NCBI GenBank assembly: GCA_965235115.1
Contig: OZ249436.1
Span: forward strand, 30,320,001 to 30,384,000
Length of the DNA: 64,000 nucleotides
Reading direction: 5' to 3'
Source of the DNA: Laetmonice hystrix
Lineage: Eukaryota
Below the pieces are notes generated by a model that was given only the letters and a program-made list of their open reading frames with translations, was not told the DNA's origin and ran no database searches. This document shows, piece by piece, positions 39,937 to 51,190 of the stretch (the stretch's first letter is position 1; each line of letters starts with the position of its first letter). The translations under genes were made by a program, and so were the position numbers.

Positions 39937-40256
39937 AGGGAATCAGTCACCCTGTAGAGTCGTCCACCGCCAACTCCTTATCCGCGGATTTCATGCTTAA
40001 CTTGACTTATGCGCGCATGCATACTGACCGTAATTAAAATATTTGACCCCGAGTTCAGGTCAAGTTCCATTATGGTATGGCCAGTGGCGCGCGTACTTCT
40101 ATAGTTTTATTATTTTAAATTTAACAAAAAATATTTGTCGATATCGATGCGGTATAAGATGCCCATGCAAGTGATAGAAAAACATTCAGGGTATCTTATC
40201 AATTCGATTTATTTGTGAATCGATTGCATTAACCTGAATTTCGTACCGGATTACCT
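39937..40256. mobile_element. Kolobok-type MITE
   Basis: TTAA|AGGGAATCAGTCAC ... GTACCGGATTACCT|TTAA; imperfect 14-bp TIR. Confidence 0.6.
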
Positions 40257-40392
40257 TTAATATTAAGATTATATCTTTCCTTGCAATACTATAAAAAAAT
40301 ATTCCTATATTTTGTACGGTTTATCATCGTTCCTCCTTTTCTGTCTAACTTGTCTGTATGGGATAGATCTGGCCCAAAGATAGACAAAAGTC

Positions 40393-42329
40393 TTTTAGCC
40401 CCTCACACTGAAGGGGCCGGGAATTTCAATTTACCCTCCGTATACGTACGTCCCTCCGTGTACGTATAGACAGCGATTTCTCAGAAGTGTATCGGTCAGA
40501 TTGTACACAATGATCAGGGACGATCTAAAGATGATGCGCATCAAATAAACTTTTTATGTCATCTTGGATGTAGACACATTTCGAGTAATAACTCCGAGAA
40601 AACGATCCCGATTTCTTTCAAATTTGATACGGGGAAGAGACATATATGAGGGGTAACATGCCATTGTATTCTCAGTTCATAGCAAAATTGGCGACATTGG
40701 GGGCCATATTGTTTTTTGACCCCGAAAATTGTTTTGGCTCATATCTCGAAAATGGTGCCATATAACGCAATAGTTATTATTGTTGACAGAGCGGAAGTCA
40801 TAAATGGTGACCCAGCAAAATAAAATTCAGGATGAAATATTTCATGATTTATTACATAATAAATTTTGGGGAGCAAAGGGAGTACTAATCTCGTAAATGA
40901 ACGAGTATGTGGTAAATGTGTACACACATACTGTATGTACCTGTGTGTAGAAAAGGGTTGGAATTAATTTTTATATAGTTAAAAGTACTATGTAAACTCC
41001 CATCCTGAATTTTGCTAAGTCACCCTTTATATAAACTTTCGTTTGGGGCCATTTTCCATGACATTCCGTGATCTTGAAAGGTCAGTCAAGGTCATGCATA
41101 TTTTCTAAGGTTCATATCTCCGAACTTGTGTAAGATAAGCAAAGTTACTTTTTAACATGGACAGGAAGTTATATATGAAGTTTCAGTTGGCACTCAAGGT
41201 CATTCAAGGTCACGTATTTTTCCAATGGCCTGTATGCATGGACAAAACAGTTGAAAATAATGCCATAATTATTATTATTTTTATGATTATTATTATTGAC
41301 AAATAAGAAGTCATGTGTGAACTTTTGTCTGGTGCCCTGTTCCATGACCTTGTGTGAACTATAATGGTCAAACAAAGTAATGCATAGGTCAATCAAGGTC
41401 AGGCTCCTTTCATTTCTGGAAAATACTTCAAGATCACCTATACTATGAATGACCGATGAAGACATATATCAATGATGTTCATACATGGACTCTATGTAAA
41501 AAAGACAAAGTGCACATAAAACTGTTATAGACCCACAGATAATTAGCCCCTACCTAGTACTTTGCAGCAATTTAAGAACTGTCTCGGGTAGCTCATTTCA
41601 ACAAATTCAGGGTTACCATTCTTAAATTTCAATAAAGGCTTCTAACATTATAAAAAAGTGTATGCTCATAAAAATAGCCCAGTTCAAAAGTTTTTATCAT
41701 GCAAGATTTTATGATATCAGTAAGAAAACACCATGACCACCCGGACCTTTAGTCAAGCACATGGCCCATCTCATGGCCGCCGACGTCACAGCAGAGTCAG
41801 ACTTCGCAGTGATAGCAGCAGACATTCTGCTGCTTGTGCAAAAACTGGACATCTGCTATGATTCAAACTTATAGAGCAGCTTTACAATCATCTCAGGTAA
41901 AGGGCCAGGTAGTTTGAGCTCAATCACACGTATCATTATTGAGTAAACATCAAATTTACAAGAGACTTTTTGTGACAAGTATTGACAGCTGTGACCCGGA
42001 TGATAAACATTATGAGGTCAACATCCTGGCAGTTAACATTATGCCAAACAAGAAGCTCTTGCAAGGTCAAAATGTCCCAGCATTAGAAAAAGAAGTAATA
42101 CAGTGGAAAAAAGATTCCCTTTAAAAAGACATAAATATTAGGTTCAAGATCACCTACTATGAATGATCGATGAAGACATAGGCCTATATGAAGTTTCTTT
42201 GTGAATCACTTATCAATGATGTTCACACATAGACGCTATCTCAAAAAGACAAAGTGCGCATATAGTTATAAACCCACAGATAATTAGTCCCTACCTAGTT
42301 GGGGGTTGTGACTCCGACGGGGTCTTGTT
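40393..42329 (+). mobile_element. Non-autonomous Helentron (HINE/DINE-like), second family
   Basis: 5' TTTTAGCCCCT..AGGGGC hairpin followed by CCCTCCGTATACGTACGTCCCTCCGT microsatellite-like tract, CAAGGTCA motifs, 3' GGGGGTT, stem-loop GACTCC-GAC-GGGGTC and terminal CTTGTT. Internal ~135-bp duplication 41427-41560 / 42143-42299. Confidence 0.7.
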
Positions 42330-42799
42330 AAATATTAAATTTAGAAAGGAGTGTCTCTGCCATTTTCTTTGGAAGGGGGGGGGGGCAGCTGCATGTAAAT
42401 AGTCTCTCCATTGAGATCTGTCAGGGTCATCCACGAGGAGTTGCTTTATCTCGTGTTAGAAATCCGCACGCTAGTCCGTAATTATAGCCCCCTTGCTCCT
42501 GTACAGTTACATGTATACCTTTACCTTCTTCATGTTGACCACCCCCGTAGTTCTTTACCTCTGTTATCGTCCATGTTCCGTTGGGCTAATAAAAACACGT
42601 AACGGATGAGGGGAAGTATGGAACGAGATGTCTGGCGCATGAATACGGCACGACAGGTGGAGTGTCGTATTCATGCGCTCGGCACCGCGTAAAGAAAGTA
42701 AACAAGAATTAACCACAAATAATTGTTTTCTCCACAGTGCTCACAAAGTGGTAGCAAACTGGAGGGGGGGGGGGGGCTGCTGTTGGAACACCTGAGCGT

Positions 42800-42931
42800 G
42801 GGTGGGTATTTGGGGTTTTACGCCTTGCAACAGCCAGGGTCATATCACGGCGGTGAAGATGATGATGAAAGTCAGTTTTTCTTGGTGGAGGAAACCGGAG
42901 TGCCCGGAGGAAACCACCGACCTTCGGGAAG
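42800..42931 (-). mobile_element. 5'-truncated V-domain SINE (RUDI-like)
   Basis: Plus strand ...TTGGTGGAGGAAACCGGAGTGCCCGGAGGAAACCACCGACCT is the conserved V-SINE central domain in reverse. Perfect 15-bp TSD GGAACACCTGAGCGT at 42785-99 and 42932-46. Confidence 0.85.
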
Positions 42932-43100
42932 GGAACACCTGAGCGTAATTTTTAATACATGTTCCGACGCTTCCATAGGACCTCATATTTAACGTCACAT
43001 AACCCCGTGACGTGTAAAATCAAATCAGTCGCGTATGGAACGCGTGTTCCATATACGGACACAGTATGCCCCCCCCCCCCCCCCAATGGCACTGGCAGAT

Positions 43101-43567
43101 CAGGCGCGTGTCCGGGGGGCGATTTTTTGCCATGACGCTTGGAGTCAAATTGTTCAAAAAGGGTTAGAGTTAGGGTTAGAGTTAGGGATAGCATTGGTTA
43201 TTAACTCTTAGGGATTTACGGTTAGTTAGGGATAAGGATAGTGATATTCCAACACAGTTGAGAGCAGCTAGGCTAACTGTCACGTGCGTCCTGATTTGAT
43301 TGGACGAAATGGCAAACCTGTTTGGGAAAAAAATCGCGTCTGGAGGGGGGTCCAGGGGGTCCGGACCCCCCCCCCCCCGCTCCCACAAAGCATAGATTTT
43401 CTTCTAAGCATTCCCGCCGTTTTGAAACCGTTGAGCGATGAATCCACAAAATATAATGCCCTAAAATGGCCCCTAAGTGGCGGGGAATCGCGTCTCAGAG
43501 CTTCTCATTTTTTAAAATTTCCCGAGACCCCCCCCCCCCCCGGCTGAAAATCCTGGACACGCGCCTG
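43101..43567. mobile_element. MITE of CAG..CTG family with perfect 5-bp TSD
   Basis: Perfect 13-bp TIR CAGGCGCGTGTCC / GGACACGCGCCTG; TSD CAGAT (43096-100, 43568-72). Confidence 0.88.
43119..43337. mobile_element. MULE-type MITE carrying TTAGGG-like tract, nested in 43101-43567
   Basis: TIR GCGATTTTTTGCCA / TGGGAAAAAAATCGC; 9-bp flanks GTCCGGGGG / GTCTGGAGG (7/9); internal GGGTTAGAGTTAGGGTTAGAGTTAGGG. Confidence 0.65.
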
Positions 43568-44079
43568 CAGATAGAATGCGCATAATCTATATTATAATAA
43601 CAACTCTTTAACTGTCCTACTCTCTTTCGTAGAAGGCATAGGCAAAGCCTTCCAAATGTACATTGTATAATATTATGTTGAGTAGGCCTAAGGCATCTAT
43701 AACTAGGCTTATGTTTTGTAACTTTACATACAAAACACAACACATACACATGTAAATTATCAGCAATAATCGATTACGTATCTTCGTGAGTGATCCGAGC
43801 TTGATGGTCGGTGCACAAAATAAGGTTTCGAGACGGCAGCTATAGCCGAGCTCTCTCCATCAGCCCGTCTGACCGGACACTGACCCTCCCTGGTATCGTC
43901 GCGGGGGGTCGGAGTGCCGGCTGGGTGGGTCCGGAGGGCGTGCACCGATCTGTTATATTATAGGTTGATCAGAATCTCTAATATTTAGAATTTACATGCA
44001 GATTTGGGTAATAATACAATTTCATTATGTAAATCACAATGTGGGGCCTTCATTTTAAAAAGCTACCGTTTGTCCTGGT

Positions 44080-44230
44080 TTGTTGTACATCTATCGGCCG
44101 GGTGTAATACCTCAAGTCTATCAAAGCGACCGCTGCCCTAACTTGTGGACAATAAATACTAAATACCTGACCCACTTACTGGACAAGCCGAACCTGTTTG
44201 TGGGGAGGATTCTCGGCTCTCTAACCCGTG
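44080..44230 (+). pseudogene. Possible decayed MADF-like segment
   Basis: ORF 44080-44298 reads VIPQVYQSDRCPNLWTINTKYLTHLLDKPNLFVGRILGSL, fitting I..VY....P.LW.....Y.....K......I...L; follows the GC-rich island at ~43790-43950. Confidence 0.35.
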
Positions 44231-44605
44231 ACGGTGACACAGAGTCTGCAGCAGGAGAAGGTGATCCTTCATGGGGGTGGATGTGGCCTGTAGAATAATC
44301 GTATCGATCTCTGTTGTGGGTAGATTCTGACCTTAGCCTCAAACCCTGGTGATGTTACCACGGGGGATTTGTATAGGCCGCACTCATAGTGCTACCTTTG
44401 TTTATAGGGTTAGATCATCATCTGATTGACAAATAACGAGGGGTAACGGTTACTGGTAGAGTCCAGGCGGCTGCCTTTTATTGTTTTTAAAACATATGGA
44501 AAAGAAGGAAAGAAAAGAAGAGAAAAAGAAAGAAAAATCAATCGATAAATCGTCCCTCCTGGCTCAGACGGGAGACGTACCGCTTGAAACCCGCGGTACA
44601 GTATA

Positions 44606-44775
44606 CAGTGAGACCTCGTTTATCCGGACAGCTTGGTGCTCAGGAAAATGTCTTCGGATTGAGAAAAATACGGAATATTTTTAAATAGAAAATGGTAGAA
44701 GAGGTAACCAGAAAGTGTGTTCGGATTGTGAGGTATTATAGGGATTAAGAAGCACGGATTAACGAGTTCTGACTG
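44606..44775. mobile_element. Tc1/mariner-superfamily (pogo/Tigger-like) MITE
   Basis: TA|CAGTGAGACCTCGTTTATCCG ... CGGATTAACGAGTTCTGACTG|TA. An adjacent TACAGTA (44597-603) has the form of a Tc1-type footprint. Confidence 0.78.
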
Positions 44776-45317
44776 TATATAATGTACGAGTGACTGACCA
44801 ATCAAAACGTTGTTTACCCGTTTCCTAGCGACAGACGGGTGACCACCTCGTCTAAGTTATATTCTTATATATGTATGGGGTATATAATACAAATATATCA
44901 ATACCAGCACCGGTACAATACAATATAATTAATTTTGTCTAAAAAATTTTAAAGGTTCTATCAGGGGGGTTATCACGGGGGGGGGGTTATCACGAATGGG
45001 TACAGGTTATCTCGTATTTTCAAGCCAGCTTGCATGCCAAGACTAATTGATGCAATGGGTTTTTTCCCGATTGTTGATAGTTTGGTATTTTCTGCAAGAT
45101 ATAGGCCTATATGTCATGTTGATAAACATTCCTTATACAAACCCATTGTGAGACTCTGCTTGCCACAGATCACAGAGCTTCCCACCTTTATCTATATGCC
45201 TTCCTATAGTTATTATGAGCAGGGTTGTCTGTGACTTGCTGCAGTGGTATATTACAGGAATATTTTATCAGGGGGGCAGGGGGGCATTGCCCCCCCCCCT
45301 TGAATTTTGACAACGCC

Positions 45318-45595
45318 AAAAGGTCCAGAATATTAGATCTAAATATCTATACCTTTGAGCCACGTGCCGGAAAGAAAGGTCCACAATTTTGGATGCTTTG
45401 TGGAATATCATGGACCTCTGAGCCATGCACCTGAGAGAGAGAGAGAGGTCCACAACTTTGGATCTTTTGTAAAATATCTTGACCTCTGACCTAGTGGCTT
45501 ACAAAAAAAGGTCCACAATTTTGGATGTTTTGTTTTTGTCTAAACCACGCCCCTTAGAAAAAGGTCCAAAATGTATTTTAGAAAAGGTCCAAAAT
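45318..45595. repeat. Degenerate ~55-70-bp repeats anchored on AAAGGTCCA(C/A)AA, probably internal to a decayed MITE
   Basis: Six AGGTCCA cores; preceded by GGGGGCAGGGGGGCATTGCCCCCC, typical of the MITE subtermini. Confidence 0.6.
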
Positions 45596-46147
45596 CTGAA
45601 AAGTATATATGATAAAAATACCCCTGCATTCCCAGTTACACCGGTTCCCCCTCCCCCTCCTCCAACCAACACTGTATAGCAAGTGTTACCGCGCCTATAC
45701 ATGGTCGTTGCTGACGCCGCAAATCCCTAATCCATCCAGAAGCCAAGAAGGATGTCGTAAACATATTGGGCCGCCGAGAACGGAACCCGGAGCAAGACTC
45801 GCCCTTCCGCCTGAAACTGACCACTTCTGGTTGTGTATTGTGGGATAGCCCGGGACAAGTGTCAGTGTCAAGATGGACATCTGCGAGCAGTTAACTATAC
45901 TACTCACAAAATAATTATAATTAAACATTGCACGTAATACTATATCTGAGGTATACATGTAGTTTCTGACTTCATTTCATTTTCCTTAAAGATTTAAATG
46001 TATCTAATTAAATTGACTTGAAACAGTTCAAATGCAAACTACTTTGCTGGACTATTTTTTTTACCTCGTCACTGCATTTCTATCTCTTCTGTCTGCCCTT
46101 TGGCCAACGTATTCGTGATTGCGCATGCAGTGTGAGGCAACACTTAA

Positions 46148-46487
46148 AGGTGCTATTCGTCTCGCACAGAATGGCATTTCTCCTATCATACATTGTGCAC
46201 ATAGTACTAGAAAAAATTCCTACCGATACCATTGGCCTGATAAACCTTCTATTAGTTTGTGTGCAGCATTTGAAACCTATCTCGGTGCGCACCGAGATAG
46301 AGCCATTTCCTATGGTGGGGCGTGTCAGGGTCTCCACAGGCCGTCTGAGAGAGCCCCATTTGTGCCGTTATTCATGAAAAATTTTGATTTCCTTTGTTGT
46401 GAATCTATTTCCATGATAGGTGGGATCACATAAACGTCAACAAAATTAAAAATAAAAAAATTGAATTTTTGTTCACGAATAGCACCT
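46148..46487. mobile_element. Kolobok-type MITE
   Basis: Perfect 13-bp TIR AGGTGCTATTCGT / ACGAATAGCACCT flanked by TTAA (46144-47, 46488-91). Confidence 0.87.
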
Positions 46488-47699
46488 TTAATACCGCGGG
46501 GCCCTTTTCCAAAATTCTGAGATTCTCTCTATAGGCCTTGAGGAAGTCCGGACCCCCCCCCCCCCCCTCCCCATTTTCGGTAGTGTGGGTCATAACATAA
46601 TCATAGAGTCATATGCTAACTGCGCTTCGGGAAATTGACCAAAAAAATCACGCTATGCATGGTTGCCTTCTTCACTATTCACCGATCTTGGCATGATGAT
46701 GTATGATGTAATATCCGCTATCCGTCTAAATTTAGATCTCATCATAACTTGATAAATCCTTTAGGTCTATCCGAAGAATACGCCCTGAATTATGTCTACA
46801 CACTGAAAATAAGTTGGCAAAATGAAAATAAAATGTTGTGGATCATAATAAACCATGGATCTTCATAGAAAATAGTTAATCCAGATCTAAAATAACAATG
46901 AACGCGAACTTCCCACGTGGATGGATGGGGTGGGTGCCGGTGGGTTCAAGCTCATCTGATGACGTCCACGAACTCCTGTGCCATGGTAAGAAAGGCCGTT
47001 AGATGAACCCCAGGACGGGCATTCTAAGTTTGTGGGCGATAAAACTGTGCTAAGTGCATGGTCGGAGCGCGGGCGGCGGGTGCATGTTGGTGGGTCCCGG
47101 GTGGTGGGCCGCGTGTGTCCCGGGCTCTCAGGGCCCCCTGACCCGGCCAACCCCAGCCACAATGCCTCGTGGCAGCGCCTGTCTGAAGACCGGGCAATAT
47201 TTAGCCCCTGTACAATAGCCGGCCGGCCAGACTGGACTTTCGACCCCGCGTCCGTCTTTCTCCCCTTGGCAGCGTGGATCTTTATGTGTCTGGCAGAGCG
47301 GGGAGGTGGGTGGGTATATAGGGCAGGGGTTGACGACACGGCAAGGGGGCACAGATCAACCGGGGCTGACAGGAGGCTGCAGCCAGCCGTGGCTTTTTTG
47401 CCCCCACCTTTTTCTCCGGCCTGTCAGGCGCTGTGGCCTACGTTTCATGGTCGAGCGGCGAGGTGTTATCTCCCTGGGGTCGGGATCGGTGGCGCGGCCG
47501 GGCCGCCTACCCCGCCCGCCCGCCCCGCCATGCAGTCAGCCACCCGCACAGAGCCAGGCATCGCATACAAATACTTTCCCGTTGACACTGTCTCCCCCGC
47601 CTCTTCACCTTGACCTCTTCTCTCTTTATTCCTCTCACCTCTCTTGTAAAATGACCTCGGATTCCTTCCAGATAACTGTCTCTCGACCGTGTGAACGAC

Positions 47700-47835
47700 T
47701 CGCAGCTTCTTTGACCCCACACACTCGCAGAAAACACCCCCATGTCCATGCAGCAGGCCGCGATCGACGCCACAACGTTATACACAGGGTGAGATTAATA
47801 AAGAATGATAATAAAGACGTTGGGATTCATTTCGT
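47700..47835 (+). pseudogene. Possible decayed MADF-like segment
   Basis: RRKHPHVHAAGRDRRHNVIHRVRLIK with WDSF in another frame at 47821; loosely R.HP....D.RH..Y.....K...W..I; follows the GC-rich island at ~47050-47610. Confidence 0.22.
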
Positions 47836-47865
47836 TAACTCAAACCAGTGTGGAAATATTATATT

Positions 47866-48510
47866 GTGTACAGTGTGAGTAAACCAGCACACGACGGTTG
47901 TGTACAGTGTGAGTAAACCAGCACACGACGGTTGTGTAGTAACCAGCACACGACGGTTGTGTAGTAAACCAGCACACGACGGTTGTGTATAACCAGCACA
48001 CGACGGTTGTGTACAGTGTGAGTAAACCAGCACACGACGGTTGTGTAGTAACCAGCACACGACGGTTGTGTAGTAAACCAGCACACGACGGTTGTGTAGT
48101 AACCAGCACACGACGGTTGTGTAGTAAACCAGCACACGACGGTTGTGTACAGTGTGAGTAAACCAGCACACGACGGTTGTGTACTACAGTGTGAGTAAAC
48201 CAGCACACGACGGTTGTGTAGTAAACCAGCACACGACGGTTGTGTATACAGTGTGAGTAAACCAGCACACGACGGTTGTGTACAGTGTGAGTAAACCAGC
48301 ACACGACGGTTGTGTACAGTGTGAGTAAACCAGCACACGACGGTTGTGTAGTAAACCAGCACACGACGGTTGTGTACAGTGTGAGTAAACCAGCACACGA
48401 CGGTTGTGTACAGTGTGAGTAAACCAGCACACGACGGTTGTGTACAGTGTGAGTAAACCAGCACGCGACGGTTGTGTACAGTGTGAGTAAACCAGCACAC
48501 GACGGTTGTG
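47866..48510. repeat. Minisatellite, 21 copies of a 22-bp core with variable linkers (units ~24-37 bp)
   Basis: Core AACCAGCACACGACGGTTGTGT; linkers ACAGTGTGAGTA, AGTA, AGT, AT, ACTACAGTGTGAGTA, ATACAGTGTGAGTA. Confidence 0.97.
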
Positions 48511-49001
48511 CATTGATGACGTAAATCTATACAATATTCATGACCAAGGAGAAGCTGCGCGGGGGCAGGTTTTACCACACCAAACATCAGGTATGTTTAC
48601 GTAGTAACAGCATAACTGGTAACTGCCAAAATAGTAGTCCGTGTGCCATACACTCTGTTGTCCTCTATAGGTTTTATTCTACGGGTACGAACGATAAACC
48701 GATCAAGAAAATGTCTGGAAAGGTAAAACGGCTTTGATTTTTACGATAAACTATAACCTTTTCAACCTTTTAAAGATTGCGATTTGGTTCGCAGGAATTG
48801 TCCGAATATAGGAGCACGCTGAAAATAAAGCGACTATAACAGTTGCAACCGCGTATGTTGTTTCTGCTTCTCTAACCGGAGGATGGAGATGGCGAAACTA
48901 TAAATATTATTTGTTATAGCACTGGTTTATAATAATAGCCACAACAAATCTGGTTTTTAATTTCACGTATAGAGGCTATAGCTTCCCACTTTAGATTCCC
49001 T

Positions 49002-49112
49002 TATACCTTAATCCCCCACTTACCTGGAGGTCCTATTCCCGAAGTGGCCGAAAAGTTTGTAACTGCGCTGGGGAACGGGACAGATAAAATTTTAATGGCG
49101 GATTAAGGTATA
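49002..49112. repeat. Short inverted-repeat element (possible mini-MITE)
   Basis: TATACCTTAATCC (49002-14) / GGATTAAGGTATA (49100-12), perfect 13 bp. Confidence 0.5.
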
Positions 49113-50639
49113 TTAGGAAATAGATCTTACAATAAATGTATATATCCTATGATTCTCCCTTTGCAATCGGCGGATCACGTTTCGAGTTTTATGGCAGTTA
49201 AGATATACCTTTGCAAAATCGGACTAATCCGTTTTCTTCAGAATTAAAGTGCTTAAAATGACATTGTACTTAAGTGATTCAATTTGTTTCATTTTCTCTG
49301 AACATATTTACAAATTGAAAACAGTTAAAAGTTAACGCTTAGTTGTTATATTCGTTGAAAACTGCACCGTTTTTTTCTACCCGAACAGGTAGCGTTATAT
49401 CCTGTTTAGTTCATTCTTTTTTTCTTACCGCATGTCGCGTCTTAATATGATCGTTGAAAGCGTGGTTGTTGGTTTTTTTAAATTCTTATTTTATTTCCTT
49501 CAAAAAGTATATTATCCATTTAAATTCTTATAGAAAGGTTAACTGATGTAATGAACGGAAATTATTAGTTCATCATCTATAAAACGGTCTTTCTGTGAAG
49601 CTAATGAGAGAAATAAGTTATAATGAAGGTTGTCTTGCAGACATTTGAGACCTCCTTGTCATTTTTATGAGCCAGTCCATGCAATGTGAACTTTTATCAA
49701 ACGGAATTAACATTTTTTTCGTTTTCGTTTATAATTGATTGACATATTGCACACTAATTTCCCTACAAGTTGCACCTTGTATATATAACTCGATTTGTCG
49801 CCTTGCTGAAACCGAATTTTATTAGTTCCTTCTTCCATCAAATAACACATTTAACGGAACTAATGATATGCTCATTAACAGTACATTATATGTCAATGTA
49901 TAAAATTAGCGCATATAGTTCAAGTATATACGTGCCACAGTATATACAGGTGGTGATTTTCGGAGAAACTTTCTGATCGAAGCTGTGATGAGAATAAAGC
50001 TGCCGCCAATCAGGCTCTGCTTTGACAACGAAATTTGTACCCGTTCACTGCGCGTTGTGGCCACCACTTCCAATCAGACTTGTCACGAGGGGAACTTGGA
50101 AGACGTGACAGCAAATGAGATATATTCACATGGAAACTCCCAACATATGCCTGTGAATGACACCAAGCCGCCAGCAAGAAATACGCTGGATTATGTCGCT
50201 TTCCCCCAACCGTCAATATTTCGATCGATCGTTTGTGATAAACATGCGAACCATCTGCCAGGGAAAGTCCACTTGGACAGCTTTGGCGACTGAACCGTTT
50301 ATACGTGGATTATCCCAATCGGGATCTGCTGATGAAACCTTGCAGGGATAGCAAGGCCGATAACAGCAGAGGGGACACTGGCCTAAGTCCTCCGACCCCA
50401 ATGGCAATTGGAAAGTTGTCTGTTATCGTCGATATGTAACAAATGAGTTTGGATGTAGAGAGGAGGCAATAATTATTGTTTATTAATAGCGATCGAAGTG
50501 TCCCGGGACTGTGACCAGGGCCGCCTATTATGTACCCGGGTAGTGGTATACGGGCCGCGACGTTCAGAAACAACCACTCACTATATATCAGGGCTTTTGG
50601 TGTAAGGGATATGTCTTAAGTCTTATACATATCCCACAA

Positions 50640-51190
50640 ATGGCTGACATTCGAGACCAATATTATTGGCCTGCCATACTTCATGCTTGTATCATGGCGG
50701 ATAATGTTCCCAGAAAATCGCCAAGTTTCCAGGAAAGACCACATCCCTCGGGGAACATGTTTTCTCCTCTCGTTAAATTGAACTCTTTTGTTACCGGCAA
50801 ACTCATAATGGAACTCATTGGCCATTGACAATTTGTTGAAAGTATTTGTTATGTAAACGTTTACCTAATTTATATTCATAGTGGGTGGACATATTGTCAC
50901 CGAGACAAAGCTTCGATCAGTGATCAATCTCCAGCGACATTGAGCACCAGGAAATACAAGGATGAGCCCAGATTGGTCAGCCGGCTAATTACTGACGTGT
51001 GAAAGCTACGCCCTGTTCGGGTTGTCCAATATTGTTATCCAACTCGCTCCCGAAACATATGGCACAATCTAAGCATAACACATGGCAGGAGCAATCAATC
51101 ATTCAGCTCACTGGCATTGAAAGTGTAGGATGCAAACGTCTCTATACTCCACCGTCGTTTGTCGTTATTATTAATGGTGTCTATAGGTTT
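50640..51190 (+). pseudogene. Decayed retroviral-type DDE integrase (Gypsy/Ginger/GIN1-like)
   Basis: Colinear motifs across frameshifts: IRDQYYWP (zinc-binding region), MELIG-ID (first catalytic Asp region), YALFGLSNIVI (FG.P..I region), QLTGIE....LYTP....NG (L.GI....YHPQ.NG region). Confidence 0.6.

Noticed and set aside
43160..43235. Telomere or chromosome-fusion relic
   Set aside because: Only a few degenerate TTAGGG units, enclosed by MITE TIRs.
47866..48510. CRISPR array
   Set aside because: Linkers are 2-15 bp, reused and derived from one another; no cas genes; eukaryotic context. The other arrays have no spacers at all.
47827..48587. Repetitive ORFs of 114-242 aa
   Set aside because: Minisatellite translations; the same applies to 61218-61790.
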